Virus record (IMG/VR): IMGVR_UViG_3300016657_000039
Coordinates: 1 to 39,304 of that record
Strand: one strand, 5' to 3'
Source: a virus
Taxonomy: Duplodnaviria > Caudoviricetes
Length of the DNA stretch: 39,304 nt
Part shown: in pieces, positions 26,942-36,876 of the stretch
Numbering within the stretch: the stretch's first letter is position 1
Layout: each line of letters begins with the position of its first letter
Notes under the pieces: model-generated
Told to the model about the DNA's origin: nothing
The model's input: the letters and a program-made list of their open reading frames with translations, nothing else
The model's database searches: none
Made by a program: the position numbers and the translations under genes

Positions 26942-27653
26942 AAATACAAATTTAGTAAATTAATTGATATGTTTTACATTTTATTTGTTGTTTTTTATTA
27001 TTCTATACTGATTTTATTATTTATACGCCTTTGAGATGAAGTAAAATAACAGACTCCCTTAATTCCTTTTCCTACCCATTTCATAAAATACTTACCTCTA
27101 CCCCAATGAAGTTTTTTATTTGATTTTCTTTTTTTATTTTCAGAAGCCATAATTATTTATTTAATGTTAATTCATTCGCTTTTAATTCCATAAAATATAT
27201 AGTTTAGTTTGTTAATTATCTCTTTCAATCGTTTAGGGTTATCTTTAGAAATATATAACTTATCTCTTTCTGATTCTAATTCTTTGAAGTTAAGATTGTT
27301 TTTCTTCGCTATAAATTAAATTATATATTTTATCTAAAAAAATTATATACTCATCTGTTTGAGCATTTATATATTCTTCTGAAAGTTGCATTTTTACTTG
27401 TTCTTCACAACTTAAATTATTGCGCCAATATTTTAATGTTTCTTCTGGATTCATAATTTAAAGCTTAGTTTTTGTTTTTTATTTTCCATACTCCGATTGT
27501 ATCTTTATCTGTAAACTCATAAATCTCATACTCTTTTAATGGCAAATTAAGTACTTTATTTATTATTTTATCATTATCAACTAAAATACAATTATCATTT
27601 TCATATATAAATCCATTCTCAACACTATACCCTTTTTTCATAATATTTGTTTT

Positions 27654-28277
27654 TTAGTTATAAATTCCTAATCGTTCGTTATATTTTTTTCTTAACTCTA
27701 ATCTTACATTAGCAGAATACGTTAAATCTGCTTTTTGTAATTCTTTTACTATTTGCCTTGCTATTTTAATTTTTTCTATATAATCGTTTTTAGCCATTTT
27801 AAGCAACGGAAACAATTTTGGTATATCAAACTTTATATAATTCCAATAATCGTTACCATAACGCTCTATTAAGCCTAAATCGTACTTATGTAAGTTTGCT
27901 GACTTCCAATTATTACAATTAAAATCTTGCAAGTGGATGTTGTCTAAATGAAACGTTATACTTCTGTTTGAACCTGTGCTGTGATAATGCCCTCCAGCTG
28001 GTGTTGTTTGTCCTCCGCAACTTATACAACCGCTTCCTTTGTCTATTAACCTTACAATAGTATTAATTTCTTTTTGAAGTTCTTTTTGCCAATCTGACAA
28101 TGTTTTGTTTTTAGCTTCAATAACTTTCTTTTCCTTTTGCCATTGCTTAACTCTTTGCTTTTCCTTTTCAGCTTTTACAAACTCGTTAAATGCTTTTATA
28201 CATTCATCGTCTGATAAGCAGAACTTTTGATTAAAGTATTTTGGTGTAAATTTAGTGTTGTGATATTTGCACTTCAT
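27654..28277 (-). CDS. ninG: NinG/Rap-like recombination endonuclease
   Basis: N-terminal Cys cluster; VRLID...CISCG...GGHY...DNIHLQ...CN HNH-like pattern. Confidence 0.8.
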   Translation of the reverse strand: MKCKYHNTKFTPKYFNQKFCLSDDECIKAFNEFVKAEKEKQRVKQWQKEKKVIEAKNKTLSDWQKELQKEINTIVRLIDKGSGCISCGGQTTPAGGHYHSTGSNRSITFHLDNIHLQDFNCNNWKSANLHKYDLGLIERYGNDYWNYIKFDIPKLFPLLKMAKNDYIEKIKIARQIVKELQKADLTYSANVRLELRKKYNERLGIYN

Positions 28278-28794
28278 TTTTTTTTCTTTTTCTATATTCT
28301 TGCATTAAAATCACTTTTTTCTTTAAATATTCTGGGTCTGTATTTTTCTTTTTTAAATGATATTTTTGATGAGTAGTTAAAACATTTTTTTTATCATTTC
28401 TTTTTCTTCTTAATCCGCTATCTGTTGATTCACATTTTTTACAAATGTAATATGTTTGAGTTTTTCCATTTTTTAAAACTCTTTTTCTAAAAAAATCAGA
28501 AGGATAACTTTCTTGACATTTTTTACAAGCATTTTCAAAAACATTTTCTTTTATGTTTGTTCCGTGCCATTGAAATTGAATACTATCTATATTAACATTT
28601 GAACTTTGTAATCTTCTTTCTTCAAAAAAAAACGATTTCAATTCTGACATATAGTTATCATAATTTATATCTTTAGATAATATTAGGTCATGCGCTAAAT
28701 CAATATGATTTAATTTAGAATTGTTATTTAAAATAATTTTTTTTGAAAATGAAATTATTTTATTATATAAATCTATGTTTTCAAATGCTTCCAT
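28252..28794 (-). CDS. Hypothetical protein with CxxC...CxxC zinc finger (start reassigned to 28794)
   Basis: AATTATG at 28794; the longer called N-terminus is the hairpin element. Confidence 0.65.
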   Translation of the reverse strand: MEAFENIDLYNKIISFSKKIILNNNSKLNHIDLAHDLILSKDINYDNYMSELKSFFFEERRLQSSNVNIDSIQFQWHGTNIKENVFENACKKCQESYPSDFFRKRVLKNGKTQTYYICKKCESTDSGLRRKRNDKKNVLTTHQKYHLKKKNTDPEYLKKKVILMQEYRKRKKNEVQISQH

Positions 28795-28811
28795 AATTAA
28801 AATACTAATGT

Positions 28812-28941
28812 TAACAGCGGTTTGTTTCAAGTGGCGGTTTAGTGATATTCCGAAAACGCCGTTGTAAAATTTAATAATTAGTTTATATTTGTGTTGGCTT
28901 GGTGCTGAAATCGCCACCTGAAAACAAGCCACAAAACGTTA
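28812..28941 (-). repeat. Solo attC-like hairpin element H5
   Basis: Minus strand TAAC-GTTTT-GTGGCTTGTTTTCAGGTGGCG...CGCCACTTGAAACAAACCGC-T-GTTA, same architecture as H1-H4. Confidence 0.8.
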
Positions 28942-29352
28942 ATAATATTGTTCAATTTGTTCTTCTACCATTTCATTAGTAACTCCTATCCATTTGCAAA
29001 TGGTTTCTTTTACGCTATTGTAAACCTCGTTAAATTGTATCTCATCCATATTTGAAAAGTTAATTGAGTGTGCTTTTTTATAAACTTCTCCAGTAATTTT
29101 ACATACTTGCTCGTCATAGTTTCCGCTTACAATTAATAAATCTCTTCGCATATCTTCCATAATTCGATAGTCTGCTTGGTTATCGTATGCTAACTTAAGA
29201 AGTGAGAAAAACTTTCTATGAAATTTTATATTTCTGCGTTTTGTATATTCAATCTCAAAAACTTCATTCAAAGGCATTTTGTTAAATACTTCTTTGTCGC
29301 TGTCATAAGCTGGTTTAATTCCGTTTAGGTGTCTAACTACTAATAGTTTCAT
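28939..29352 (-). CDS. DUF1367/NinB-like protein
   Basis: RNIKFHRKFFSLL and SINFSNMDEIQF motifs. Confidence 0.75.
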   Translation of the reverse strand: MKLLVVRHLNGIKPAYDSDKEVFNKMPLNEVFEIEYTKRRNIKFHRKFFSLLKLAYDNQADYRIMEDMRRDLLIVSGNYDEQVCKITGEVYKKAHSINFSNMDEIQFNEVYNSVKETICKWIGVTNEMVEEQIEQYY

Positions 29353-29556
29353 TTAAAATAAATCTGATGTTGACATTTTATTTATTAATGTTAACCTTGT
29401 TTTTAAAGCTACTGCTCTATGTTTCAACTCTCCTACAACGTTAGAATGGTAAGGCTTCCATTTTTTATTTTCTTCATCATTTTTATATTCTTTTAACCTT
29501 TTGATGTTTTCTTGCATCATTAAAAGTTCTTGTTCTAATAATTTAATTTGTTCCAT
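29353..29556 (-). CDS. Hypothetical protein
   Basis: ORF in operon. Confidence 0.6.
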   Translation of the reverse strand: MEQIKLLEQELLMMQENIKRLKEYKNDEENKKWKPYHSNVVGELKHRAVALKTRLTLINKMSTSDLF

Positions 29557-29591
29557 AATAATTTATTTTAGTTTAGCTAATTTACTAATTT

Positions 29592-29801
29592 TTAGTTACT
29601 TGTGCAAGTTTTAACACGCAGTATTCTGCTTTTTTTATCAAATATTACATTTTCTTTAGGTATTATTTTAACCTCACTTATTAAAACTTTACAAGGTTCA
29701 TCTAAATACCAAATATAATCGGGGTCTGTTTCTGAAATCATTCCAACTTCACAAAATTGCGGTTTAATTCCTTTAGGCTGAAAATATACATATTTACTCA
29801 T
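29592..29801 (-). CDS. Hypothetical protein
   Basis: ORF in operon. Confidence 0.6.
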   Translation of the reverse strand: MSKYVYFQPKGIKPQFCEVGMISETDPDYIWYLDEPCKVLISEVKIIPKENVIFDKKSRILRVKTCTSN

Positions 29802-29805
29802 AATC

Positions 29806-30114
29806 TTAATTATTTTCGTTTAACTTCCATACATACTCACTTCTACCATACATTCCTATTCGCTTTTCATTTGTTTTAATTAACTTTCCTTGTTTGGTTA
29901 GGTTGGTTAATGCTCTGCGTATTGAGGTTATAGGGTAGTTTAAACCTATTTGACTTGGACTTAAGCCTAATTTATAATTTTTATAAATTTTATTAATAAA
30001 ATGCATTTTATTAAATATAAATAAATTTAATATTTCTTCCTCCTGACTTTTAGCCTTTGCAACGTTATTCTTTAAAGTTGTTCCGCTTTCGTTTGTTGTG
30101 TTAAAATAGCTCAT
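29806..30114 (-). CDS. Winged-helix DNA-binding protein
   Basis: ITSIRRALTNLTKQGKL...GRSEYVW pattern. Confidence 0.65.
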   Translation of the reverse strand: MSYFNTTNESGTTLKNNVAKAKSQEEEILNLFIFNKMHFINKIYKNYKLGLSPSQIGLNYPITSIRRALTNLTKQGKLIKTNEKRIGMYGRSEYVWKLNENN

Positions 30115-30263
30115 AGTTTTAGTTTTAATAATCGTTAGTTTTAATATACTCTCTAATTTTTAAAATGTTTTCTGGCTTGCATCGAACTGGAAATGTTTCT
30201 TTATCTCCTTTTTTTCTTCCAGCGTTTTCTCTCTTTCCTCCTCTGTTTTCTAGTTTCATGTTT

Positions 30264-30644
30264 TTAAGTAAATTTAGGTATGTTCATTTGTATTAATTCA
30301 TCATTATCATAAAAAAAACCATCGCATTGTAAAGTTATTTCTTCATAAGGTATTTCTTTATTGTTATTTTTATTAACCCAAGAAACACTGCCAAAACCAT
30401 CTTTTAAATCAAATGTTTTTAATATATATAAATTCATATTTAAACCATAATTAAAACATTCTTTTTCAATTTTCATTAAAAGTGTTTTATTATTTGATTC
30501 AAAATTTGGGTCAGCAAACTCCATTAATTCAACATAAGTATCTATTGATATTTTATTTTCTCTATACAAACGATTTAAAGTTTGTTCTAATTTTTGTTTT
30601 AATTCTTCCATATTAAAATCCATTTTTATCATAAAAAGCTCCAA
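30264..30644 (-). CDS. Hypothetical protein
   Basis: ORF; start uncertain. Confidence 0.55.
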   Translation of the reverse strand: MELFMIKMDFNMEELKQKLEQTLNRLYRENKISIDTYVELMEFADPNFESNNKTLLMKIEKECFNYGLNMNLYILKTFDLKDGFGSVSWVNKNNNKEIPYEEITLQCDGFFYDNDELIQMNIPKFT

Positions 30645-30816
30645 CCTCTGTATTTAATGAAAAATACATTTTTAAAAGACTTCTTAAAGTTTCTTCGCTT
30701 CTTTCTTTTATTATTTCTACACCACCTAAAAAAATCATTAAATCTTTTTGTAAAGATGAAGCGATAATAATTTCTGATTTTGTAGCGGTTTCGATGTTTA
30801 ATGTTTGAGTTGTCAT
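30613..30816 (-). CDS. Hypothetical protein (start reassigned to MTTQTL at 30816)
   Basis: TATATTTG promoter at 30844-30851; leader identical to that of the 24350 gene. Confidence 0.6.
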   Translation of the reverse strand: MTTQTLNIETATKSEIIIASSLQKDLMIFLGGVEIIKERSEETLRSLLKMYFSLNTEVGAFYDKNGF

Positions 30817-31036
30817 AATTTCTATTTGTTTAATTTTGATATACAAATATAATAAATCTATTTTGAATAATTAATATAATTTTTAAAAACTTTTCTAATT
30901 TAGACTCATTATAAATAATTGTTTTCTTTTATAGTAATCAATTTCTAATTTTGTAAATACAATCCAGCTTATTTTACCATTTATAAATAGTTCGCATTGT
31001 GTATCGTAGTAATTTTGTAATAGATTGTATTCCATA

Positions 31037-32875
31037 TCAAAAAGGTATTTCATCGTTAGTATTAAATTCAATTCCAAAAGCCTCATTTGGTGTGGCCGTA
31101 ATTACTTTCGTTTCTTCTTTAAAATCTTCTTTAACTTTTTGTATTCCTCTTTGTTCGTCAATTCGTTTAAATGGTGTTTGTCCACTAAATAAATATCGAT
31201 TAGTTTTAAAATCAAAATCAATATTATCTATATCCATTGGCCGAGCGACTAACTTTTGTTTTTTAATCTTTTGAGAACCAAATACAACTTTTGTACATCT
31301 AAAATCTAAAGCTCTGTTTGGCCTCCATACAAATAAAACATTATCAGCCTTATCGGCAAACGTTCCACCTCCTTTAATATTATTTAAGTTTGGCTTATAG
31401 TATCGGCCACCGTCTTTCTCGTTTGGCCTTGCTGTATTTTGGTGTGCTACTAAATGAATTGTAATCTCATTTTCAACTGCAAACCTTTTTAACTTTGCCA
31501 TGAATCTACTTATATATAAATCTTCACGCTCTCCAGCTTTCATTAAATGCTCAATAGTGTTATATGGGTCAATTATTAAATGCTCTATTCCTTGCTTACG
31601 AACTAAAAACTTTACCTTTTCAAATATGGTATCAATTTTAAAATCAAAGTCAGGATAAATTAAAAAGAAGTGCCTATTTATAAAACTTGAAGCGTTTAAA
31701 TATTCCACTTCTGACATTTGTAATTTTCCGTAAAAGTTATCCGAAGTCTTACCAACTAACATTTCTATTAAATCATTATAAAAGTCATCCATTGGCATAT
31801 TTTCAGGACTGAAAACAGCAAACTTATCTTTATCAAACCACGCTTTAATAAGTGATAGTTGATTTAAAAATAAAGACTTACCTTCATTCTGATAACCTGT
31901 CCATAAATTAACCTCACCTTTACGCCATTTCCACGCTAAATCAACATCATCTATGTAAGTAGTTGTACCTCGTTCAAGGCCATTCTTAAAACCATTAAGC
32001 ATGGAATCAAAGTTATCTTCTAAAGTAAAAATACCTTCAATCTTTACGTCTTTTGCCTCTTTTAAAAGTTGTGATAATTCAAATGCACCATATTTAATTA
32101 AATATTCGTTTGCATCTTTGCACTCTTTAAAATCTACTATTTTACATTTTTCAGCTCCAAATCTACGAATTAACTCTTTTTGTAAACGTATTCCGTTGTT
32201 ATCGGTATCTACGGCCAAATAAATAGTTTCAGCCTCTTCAAATACGTTATAACAATTTGTAATACATTCAAGTTTCTTATCTACGTTTGCATCGTTTTCA
32301 TTTGGCGCTCCTTGATTAACTGAAGTGTGGTTTTTATATCCAGCAACTTCCCAACTCAAAGAATCAAATTCGCCTTCACAAACAATTATTTCTTTTTGTC
32401 CTTGTAACCTATCAAGGTTATACATTATTGGCTCGGCCTCTTTTGCTTGAAAGAATTTCTTTTCTTTTAACAAACGTGTTTTATAATTTATTAGTTGGCC
32501 ATTTCTAAAATAAGGAAAAACAATTCCGTTACCATCTTTTGTCATTGCTATCTTGTTGGCCAAAATAACTTCTTGATTTATAAATCTACTTTCAAAATAT
32601 TTTAAAGCCTCATCCGATAACTTTGTTATGTTTGGCTTTTCAGGTAATTTATATATAATTTGCATTTCTTCACGTTTATATTCTTTCTCGGCCACGCATC
32701 CTTTCCAACCGCACTTATGACAATTATAAAGTCCTGTGTTTAGATTTATAGAAAGACAAGTATCATTAATATTTGTTTTACCTAAAGTAACACAGTTAGG
32801 ACATTTACATTTTTGTTCAACTCGGTTACTTTTAATTTGAACACCTAAACTATAAAATTTGTCCGCTATCGTCAT
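31037..32875 (-). CDS. Primase-helicase (T7 gp4/Twinkle-like: zinc finger, TOPRIM, SF4 helicase)
   Basis: CPNC...CHKC; CEGEFD, DTD, KDANE; Walker A GYQNEGKS; IIDPYN; LVAH. Confidence 0.9.
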   Translation of the reverse strand: MTIADKFYSLGVQIKSNRVEQKCKCPNCVTLGKTNINDTCLSINLNTGLYNCHKCGWKGCVAEKEYKREEMQIIYKLPEKPNITKLSDEALKYFESRFINQEVILANKIAMTKDGNGIVFPYFRNGQLINYKTRLLKEKKFFQAKEAEPIMYNLDRLQGQKEIIVCEGEFDSLSWEVAGYKNHTSVNQGAPNENDANVDKKLECITNCYNVFEEAETIYLAVDTDNNGIRLQKELIRRFGAEKCKIVDFKECKDANEYLIKYGAFELSQLLKEAKDVKIEGIFTLEDNFDSMLNGFKNGLERGTTTYIDDVDLAWKWRKGEVNLWTGYQNEGKSLFLNQLSLIKAWFDKDKFAVFSPENMPMDDFYNDLIEMLVGKTSDNFYGKLQMSEVEYLNASSFINRHFFLIYPDFDFKIDTIFEKVKFLVRKQGIEHLIIDPYNTIEHLMKAGEREDLYISRFMAKLKRFAVENEITIHLVAHQNTARPNEKDGGRYYKPNLNNIKGGGTFADKADNVLFVWRPNRALDFRCTKVVFGSQKIKKQKLVARPMDIDNIDFDFKTNRYLFSGQTPFKRIDEQRGIQKVKEDFKEETKVITATPNEAFGIEFNTNDEIPF

Positions 32876-33503
32876 ACTTCATTAATTTTTGGTTAGTAGT
32901 TCCTGAATCTATAAAATTATTAATTTGGCTATACTTTTCAAATTTGTCAGGCCTTGAAATAAATTCTAAAGTAACGTGTTGAAAATTTGTGTCGATGTGA
33001 TATTGAGTTTTAGATAAGTTTATAATTGCATTTACAATATCCTGTTTTGTATAATTTTGTTTTAACCTTGCGTTAAATTGTCTTTTTGCGTTATCAGTAA
33101 CAACTCTACATTTTTTATTAAACACCTTGTTAAAAAAAGATAATAACTCAGGCCAATTTATTGGCTCTATAATATCTTTTACTTTCTCTTTTACTTTCTC
33201 TTTTACTTCTACTTGTTCGGTAGGGGGTAAAACAACCCCTACACAACCCCCTTGCGTAGGGTCTAAAATAGTTTTAGTTTTATCTTCATAACCCTTTACT
33301 TGACTATCAATAGAATTAGTTTGTGAAATATATGCAAATTTAGCCATACCTTTTAAATTAGTTGGCTTTATACCTAAAAACTGCCTGTCTAATAAAGCAT
33401 CAATAAACGCAACTTTATCAGCATCAGTTTCAAGTTCATTATAAACATCGTAGTAAGAGCGGAAAAAATTAAATCCTTTTCTCTTAGTTAATTTAATTGC
33501 CAT
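32850..33503 (-). CDS. Putative replication initiator (DUF6291-like N-terminus, conserved phage C-terminal domain)
   Basis: FNFFRSYY; ARLKQNY...RPDKFEKY; upstream of the helicase. Confidence 0.7.
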   Translation of the reverse strand: MAIKLTKRKGFNFFRSYYDVYNELETDADKVAFIDALLDRQFLGIKPTNLKGMAKFAYISQTNSIDSQVKGYEDKTKTILDPTQGGCVGVVLPPTEQVEVKEKVKEKVKDIIEPINWPELLSFFNKVFNKKCRVVTDNAKRQFNARLKQNYTKQDIVNAIINLSKTQYHIDTNFQHVTLEFISRPDKFEKYSQINNFIDSGTTNQKLMKYDDSGQIL

Positions 33504-33505
33504 AA

Positions 33506-33715
33506 TTAAACCTCGCTTTCTGTTATTTTATTAATTTCAGTACGAAGTGTTTTAGCGAATTTAATAGCTGTGCTTTTGTCTAAACCTAAAGTAATACAAT
33601 TATCATCTTCATCTTTAGCGGTTATTGATATATAATTTTCTTCTATATCTTTTTCGCATTTAATCCACCATAAATCAGAATCAATTGAATAAAATCTTAA
33701 TTCAAATCTTGCCAT
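33506..33715 (-). CDS. Hypothetical protein
   Basis: ORF in the replication operon. Confidence 0.65.
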   Translation of the reverse strand: MARFELRFYSIDSDLWWIKCEKDIEENYISITAKDEDDNCITLGLDKSTAIKFAKTLRTEINKITESEV

Positions 33716-33754
33716 AATAATAAAGGTTTTGAGTTGCCTATAAACTATTTAGTT

Positions 33755-33894
33755 AAAAAGTAAAATCCCATCAAGTCAGCAGTGTTGTGAGAAGTGCTTT
33801 CCTGATAGGATTTATGTAATTTTTTCCGTTATGTTGTAATGCTTCTCACTTCATTACTTGAATACAAATATACACTTTATTTTGAATATACAAA
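33755..33894 (-). promoter_or_regulatory. Promoter and two-hairpin leader of the replication operon
   Basis: TTTG (33891-33894) and TATATTTG (33865-33872); hairpins at 33836-33857 and 33763-33813 plus a T-run. Confidence 0.6.
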
Positions 33895-33903
33895 CTATTT
33901 TAT

Positions 33904-33932
33904 AAAAAAAATGCCTAAATTTCTTCAGGCAT
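33904..33932 (-). terminator. Intrinsic terminator after the SSB gene
   Basis: ATGCCT-loop-AGGCATTTTTTTT on the minus strand. Confidence 0.6.
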
Positions 33933-33978
33933 AATTAAATCAAATGTTGATATTAAAAGTTTTAACATTGGATGCTCG

Positions 33979-34266
33979 CTAAAATGGCAAGTCGTCTACT
34001 TCAGGAACATCATTAATTTCAATTTTTTGCTCAACCAATTTACTTTCTTTTAAGTTACCAAAGTAAAACTTATCTTCCTTTTGTGCGCCTTTAAAGTTTG
34101 ATTGAAAGCTCGCAATGTTTCCGAACTTATCTTCTTCATCATTTACCCAAACACGAACATTTAAGTAAATTTTTCCGTTTTCGTTTTTAGTAAACGCTTT
34201 GTTTCCTGCTTTTGCTTGCTCTAATAATTTAGAGAAATCGATTGAACCATAAAATGATTGTGACAT
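33979..34266 (-). CDS. Putative single-stranded DNA-binding protein
   Basis: Acidic C-terminal DDLPF tail; follows ERF. Confidence 0.7.
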   Translation of the reverse strand: MSQSFYGSIDFSKLLEQAKAGNKAFTKNENGKIYLNVRVWVNDEEDKFGNIASFQSNFKGAQKEDKFYFGNLKESKLVEQKIEINDVPEVDDLPF

Positions 34267-34278
34267 AATTTAAGATAT

Positions 34279-34773
34279 TTAAAGATTAATAAATTCGTTT
34301 TCTTGTTCTTTTGTAACTGAATATTTTGCTTTTACTTGCTCAAGTGTAAAACCGCCTTGTTTAGCCTTTTTTAATATTTCAGTCGTTGCATTTTGTTTTT
34401 GTTGTACGGCTTTATTTCCATCGTCGTCATCTGCACCAACGCAAACAAAAGATTGTAATGCGTATCTACGTGCGTAACTTATTCCACTACCTTGCGCCTG
34501 TGCATCATTTTGTTTATTGTATATAATTTCTGTTAAAGACTCCATTAACTCGCCAGATTCGTGTAGTAAAATAGTTTTTACAAAGTTATGTCCGTCTACG
34601 TGTACAATAGGCTGTAAGACACTAATTCCGTTTTCGTTTAATGTTGGTATAACAGCCTCACGAATTGCGTTTAAATCTGCGTATTTTGATTTAAAAAATG
34701 GATTTGTAGCACCTTTTTTAGGGTTGCTCATTTCGGATTGTGCTTTTAATAAAGCGGTTGCAATTTGTTTCAT
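34279..34773 (-). CDS. erf: ERF-family single-strand annealing recombinase
   Basis: NPFFKSKYADL; HESGE; QAQGSGISYARRYAL...DDDGN. Confidence 0.9.
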   Translation of the reverse strand: MKQIATALLKAQSEMSNPKKGATNPFFKSKYADLNAIREAVIPTLNENGISVLQPIVHVDGHNFVKTILLHESGELMESLTEIIYNKQNDAQAQGSGISYARRYALQSFVCVGADDDDGNKAVQQKQNATTEILKKAKQGGFTLEQVKAKYSVTKEQENEFINL

Positions 34774-34795
34774 AAGATAAGATATTGATTAAAGA

Positions 34796-35032
34796 TTATT
34801 TTGAATTTCGTTTTTTCTCTCTTAAAATAAATCTATAATCTTCTAAATTTATTTTAGCTTTTTTGTAATCTAAATAAAACTTTTGATAAGTTTCATCTTG
34901 CATTAGTTCTTGATGGTCATGTAAGTCTGAACCACTTAATTTTGAACTTAAATAAGTTTCTCTGATTTCTTGCGGAACGTCTAAATATTCACGCTCCGAC
35001 ATTCTGAAAAATAAATCTGAATTTGCTCCCAT
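34796..35032 (-). CDS. Hypothetical protein
   Basis: ORF after a TAAATTTG promoter box (35053-35060). Confidence 0.65.
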   Translation of the reverse strand: MGANSDLFFRMSEREYLDVPQEIRETYLSSKLSGSDLHDHQELMQDETYQKFYLDYKKAKINLEDYRFILREKKRNSK

Positions 35033-35227
35033 AATTATTAATTTTAGTTTGTCAAATTTACGATTTTAAATTGTAAAAACAAAATTATTTGTAAAAAAAA
35101 ACGAGCTACTTTTATTCACTCGTTATAAATCAGAAAATATGTAAAACTAATTTTTATAAAATCTACTAACGACCAGTTATAAATTAATTAACTGCATATT
35201 TTTTTTAAGTTAGTTTTTGTTACTTCA

Positions 35228-35917
35228 TTAAAATAGTTTAGTTTGTGATACGTGGTTTTTAATTCTTTGCACTCCTTTGTCAAAATATTCCTTATCCAAT
35301 TCGCAACCTGTCAGCTCAAAGCTATAATCGTGGCAAGCAATCGCTATTGACATCGAGCCTAAGTGAGTGTCTAAAATTTTGTCGCCTTGTTTGGCGTATT
35401 TGTCTAAAATCCATTTGTATAATGCAACTGGCTTTTGTGTTGGGTGCAATCTACTTCCGTTGTTATTAGCGTCTGCTAAAGCCTCGCCTCTTGAAAAATC
35501 AAAAATTCTTAATGCTTTTTCTGTTTCAGAATACCAAGCTAACTCACCATCGGCTAAACTAAATTCTCTTTGTTTTTTATTCCAAATTATAAAAGAATTA
35601 CTATATTTCCAAATAAAAGGAAAATAATTACCACCCCATATTATTTGTTTCTTACTTACTCTAAATAATTCTTTAAAATATTCATCACTTGGTATTTCGT
35701 TATCCCATTCAGTTTCTTTATATACTTTCCAACCTCTACCACTTTTTGTTTTACCATTTGCCTCTAATCTTCTTTTTCCTGCTTCGTTTTGTTTTTTATC
35801 TGCATTTATTCCATAAGGAGGGTCGCAAATTGCAAGGTCGTAAAAGTTATCAGGAGTTCTTTTTAGCAACTCCATGCAATCTTCATTAGTTATTGTTATT
35901 TTATCTGTTATTTCCAT
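35228..35917 (-). CDS. DNA N6-adenine/N4-cytosine methyltransferase (beta class)
   Basis: DPPY; HPTQKP; ILDTHLGS; GCELD. Confidence 0.9.
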   Translation of the reverse strand: MEITDKITITNEDCMELLKRTPDNFYDLAICDPPYGINADKKQNEAGKRRLEANGKTKSGRGWKVYKETEWDNEIPSDEYFKELFRVSKKQIIWGGNYFPFIWKYSNSFIIWNKKQREFSLADGELAWYSETEKALRIFDFSRGEALADANNNGSRLHPTQKPVALYKWILDKYAKQGDKILDTHLGSMSIAIACHDYSFELTGCELDKEYFDKGVQRIKNHVSQTKLF

Positions 35918-36198
35918 ACTTTTGAAATATTATTTTCTTTTTAATTGCGTTAACTCTTTCTGAATTGTGTCCTCTTGATGCGTAATAGTCTAAAATTCTA
36001 TTTACTCTTTTTAACGGACTTTCTTTGCTTTTCATCTTTTCAATAAGTATTTAATATTAGTATTCTTTATTTTGTCTGGTGTATTTTCAGCTACTTTTAA
36101 AGCTGTTAAACGTTCGTTTTTCTTTTCCTCAAGCCATTTGCCTACTCTTTGATTTGTAGAAAACTTTGCTGTGTTATATTTTGATGCGTGTTTCATAA

Positions 36199-36876
36199 TT
36201 AAAATAATTCAATTTGTTTTTCGTTTTGTTTTTTTGTTATTCCTAAATATGTTTCAAAAATTGTTCTTCCTGCTTCATAGTCTACTAAATTACGTGCCAT
36301 TTTAACAATACTTTGTTTTCCTTTGTATTTATTAAAATTATAATCGTGAAATTTACATAAAGATTCTAATTCGTTTTTTTCTTGTGAAATTTTAAATCCT
36401 CTATCTTTAACATCGTTTGGTAAATTAAAGTTAGTCCAATACAAATGCCTACCTCTTTTTAAAGCTGGTATTAATGGTTCGTAATATGGTATAACATTTT
36501 CAACTACAAATTTTCCGCTTCTGTAATAATGTTGTAAAAACAAAATTTCTTCATAAAGTTTCATATCTGGATAAACAGGTTGTGTAGTTGTATCATAATT
36601 AGAACTATTCCAATATCTTGCTCTAGAATGACTTGGACAAGGCGGAGAACTCCAAATAAAATCAAACTCTTTGTAATGTTCAATTAAATATTGATGAGCA
36701 TCTTCAATTATTACTTTATCATTTGAAAAACGCTCTTGATAAAGTTTTGCGGCTTCTTCGTCTAATTCAACAGCAGTAACTTCAATTTCAATATTAGCTT
36801 CTTTGGCTACTTCATCCCATTTATACCTGTTACCTCCTAAACAAGCATATAAATTTAATATTTTTATTGTTTTCAT
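36199..36876 (-). CDS. C5-cytosine DNA methyltransferase-like protein (short)
   Basis: LNLYACLGG (motif I variant); SPPC; ENV; RH. Confidence 0.8.
   Translation of the reverse strand: MKTIKILNLYACLGGNRYKWDEVAKEANIEIEVTAVELDEEAAKLYQERFSNDKVIIEDAHQYLIEHYKEFDFIWSSPPCPSHSRARYWNSSNYDTTTQPVYPDMKLYEEILFLQHYYRSGKFVVENVIPYYEPLIPALKRGRHLYWTNFNLPNDVKDRGFKISQEKNELESLCKFHDYNFNKYKGKQSIVKMARNLVDYEAGRTIFETYLGITKKQNEKQIELF

Noticed and set aside
28795-28932. N-terminal 46 aa of the ORF called 28252..28932
   Set aside because: It runs through the attC-like hairpin; a proper AATTATG start lies at 28794
35228-36876. Restriction-modification system
   Set aside because: Two methyltransferases but no recognisable endonuclease; orphan phage methyltransferases are common
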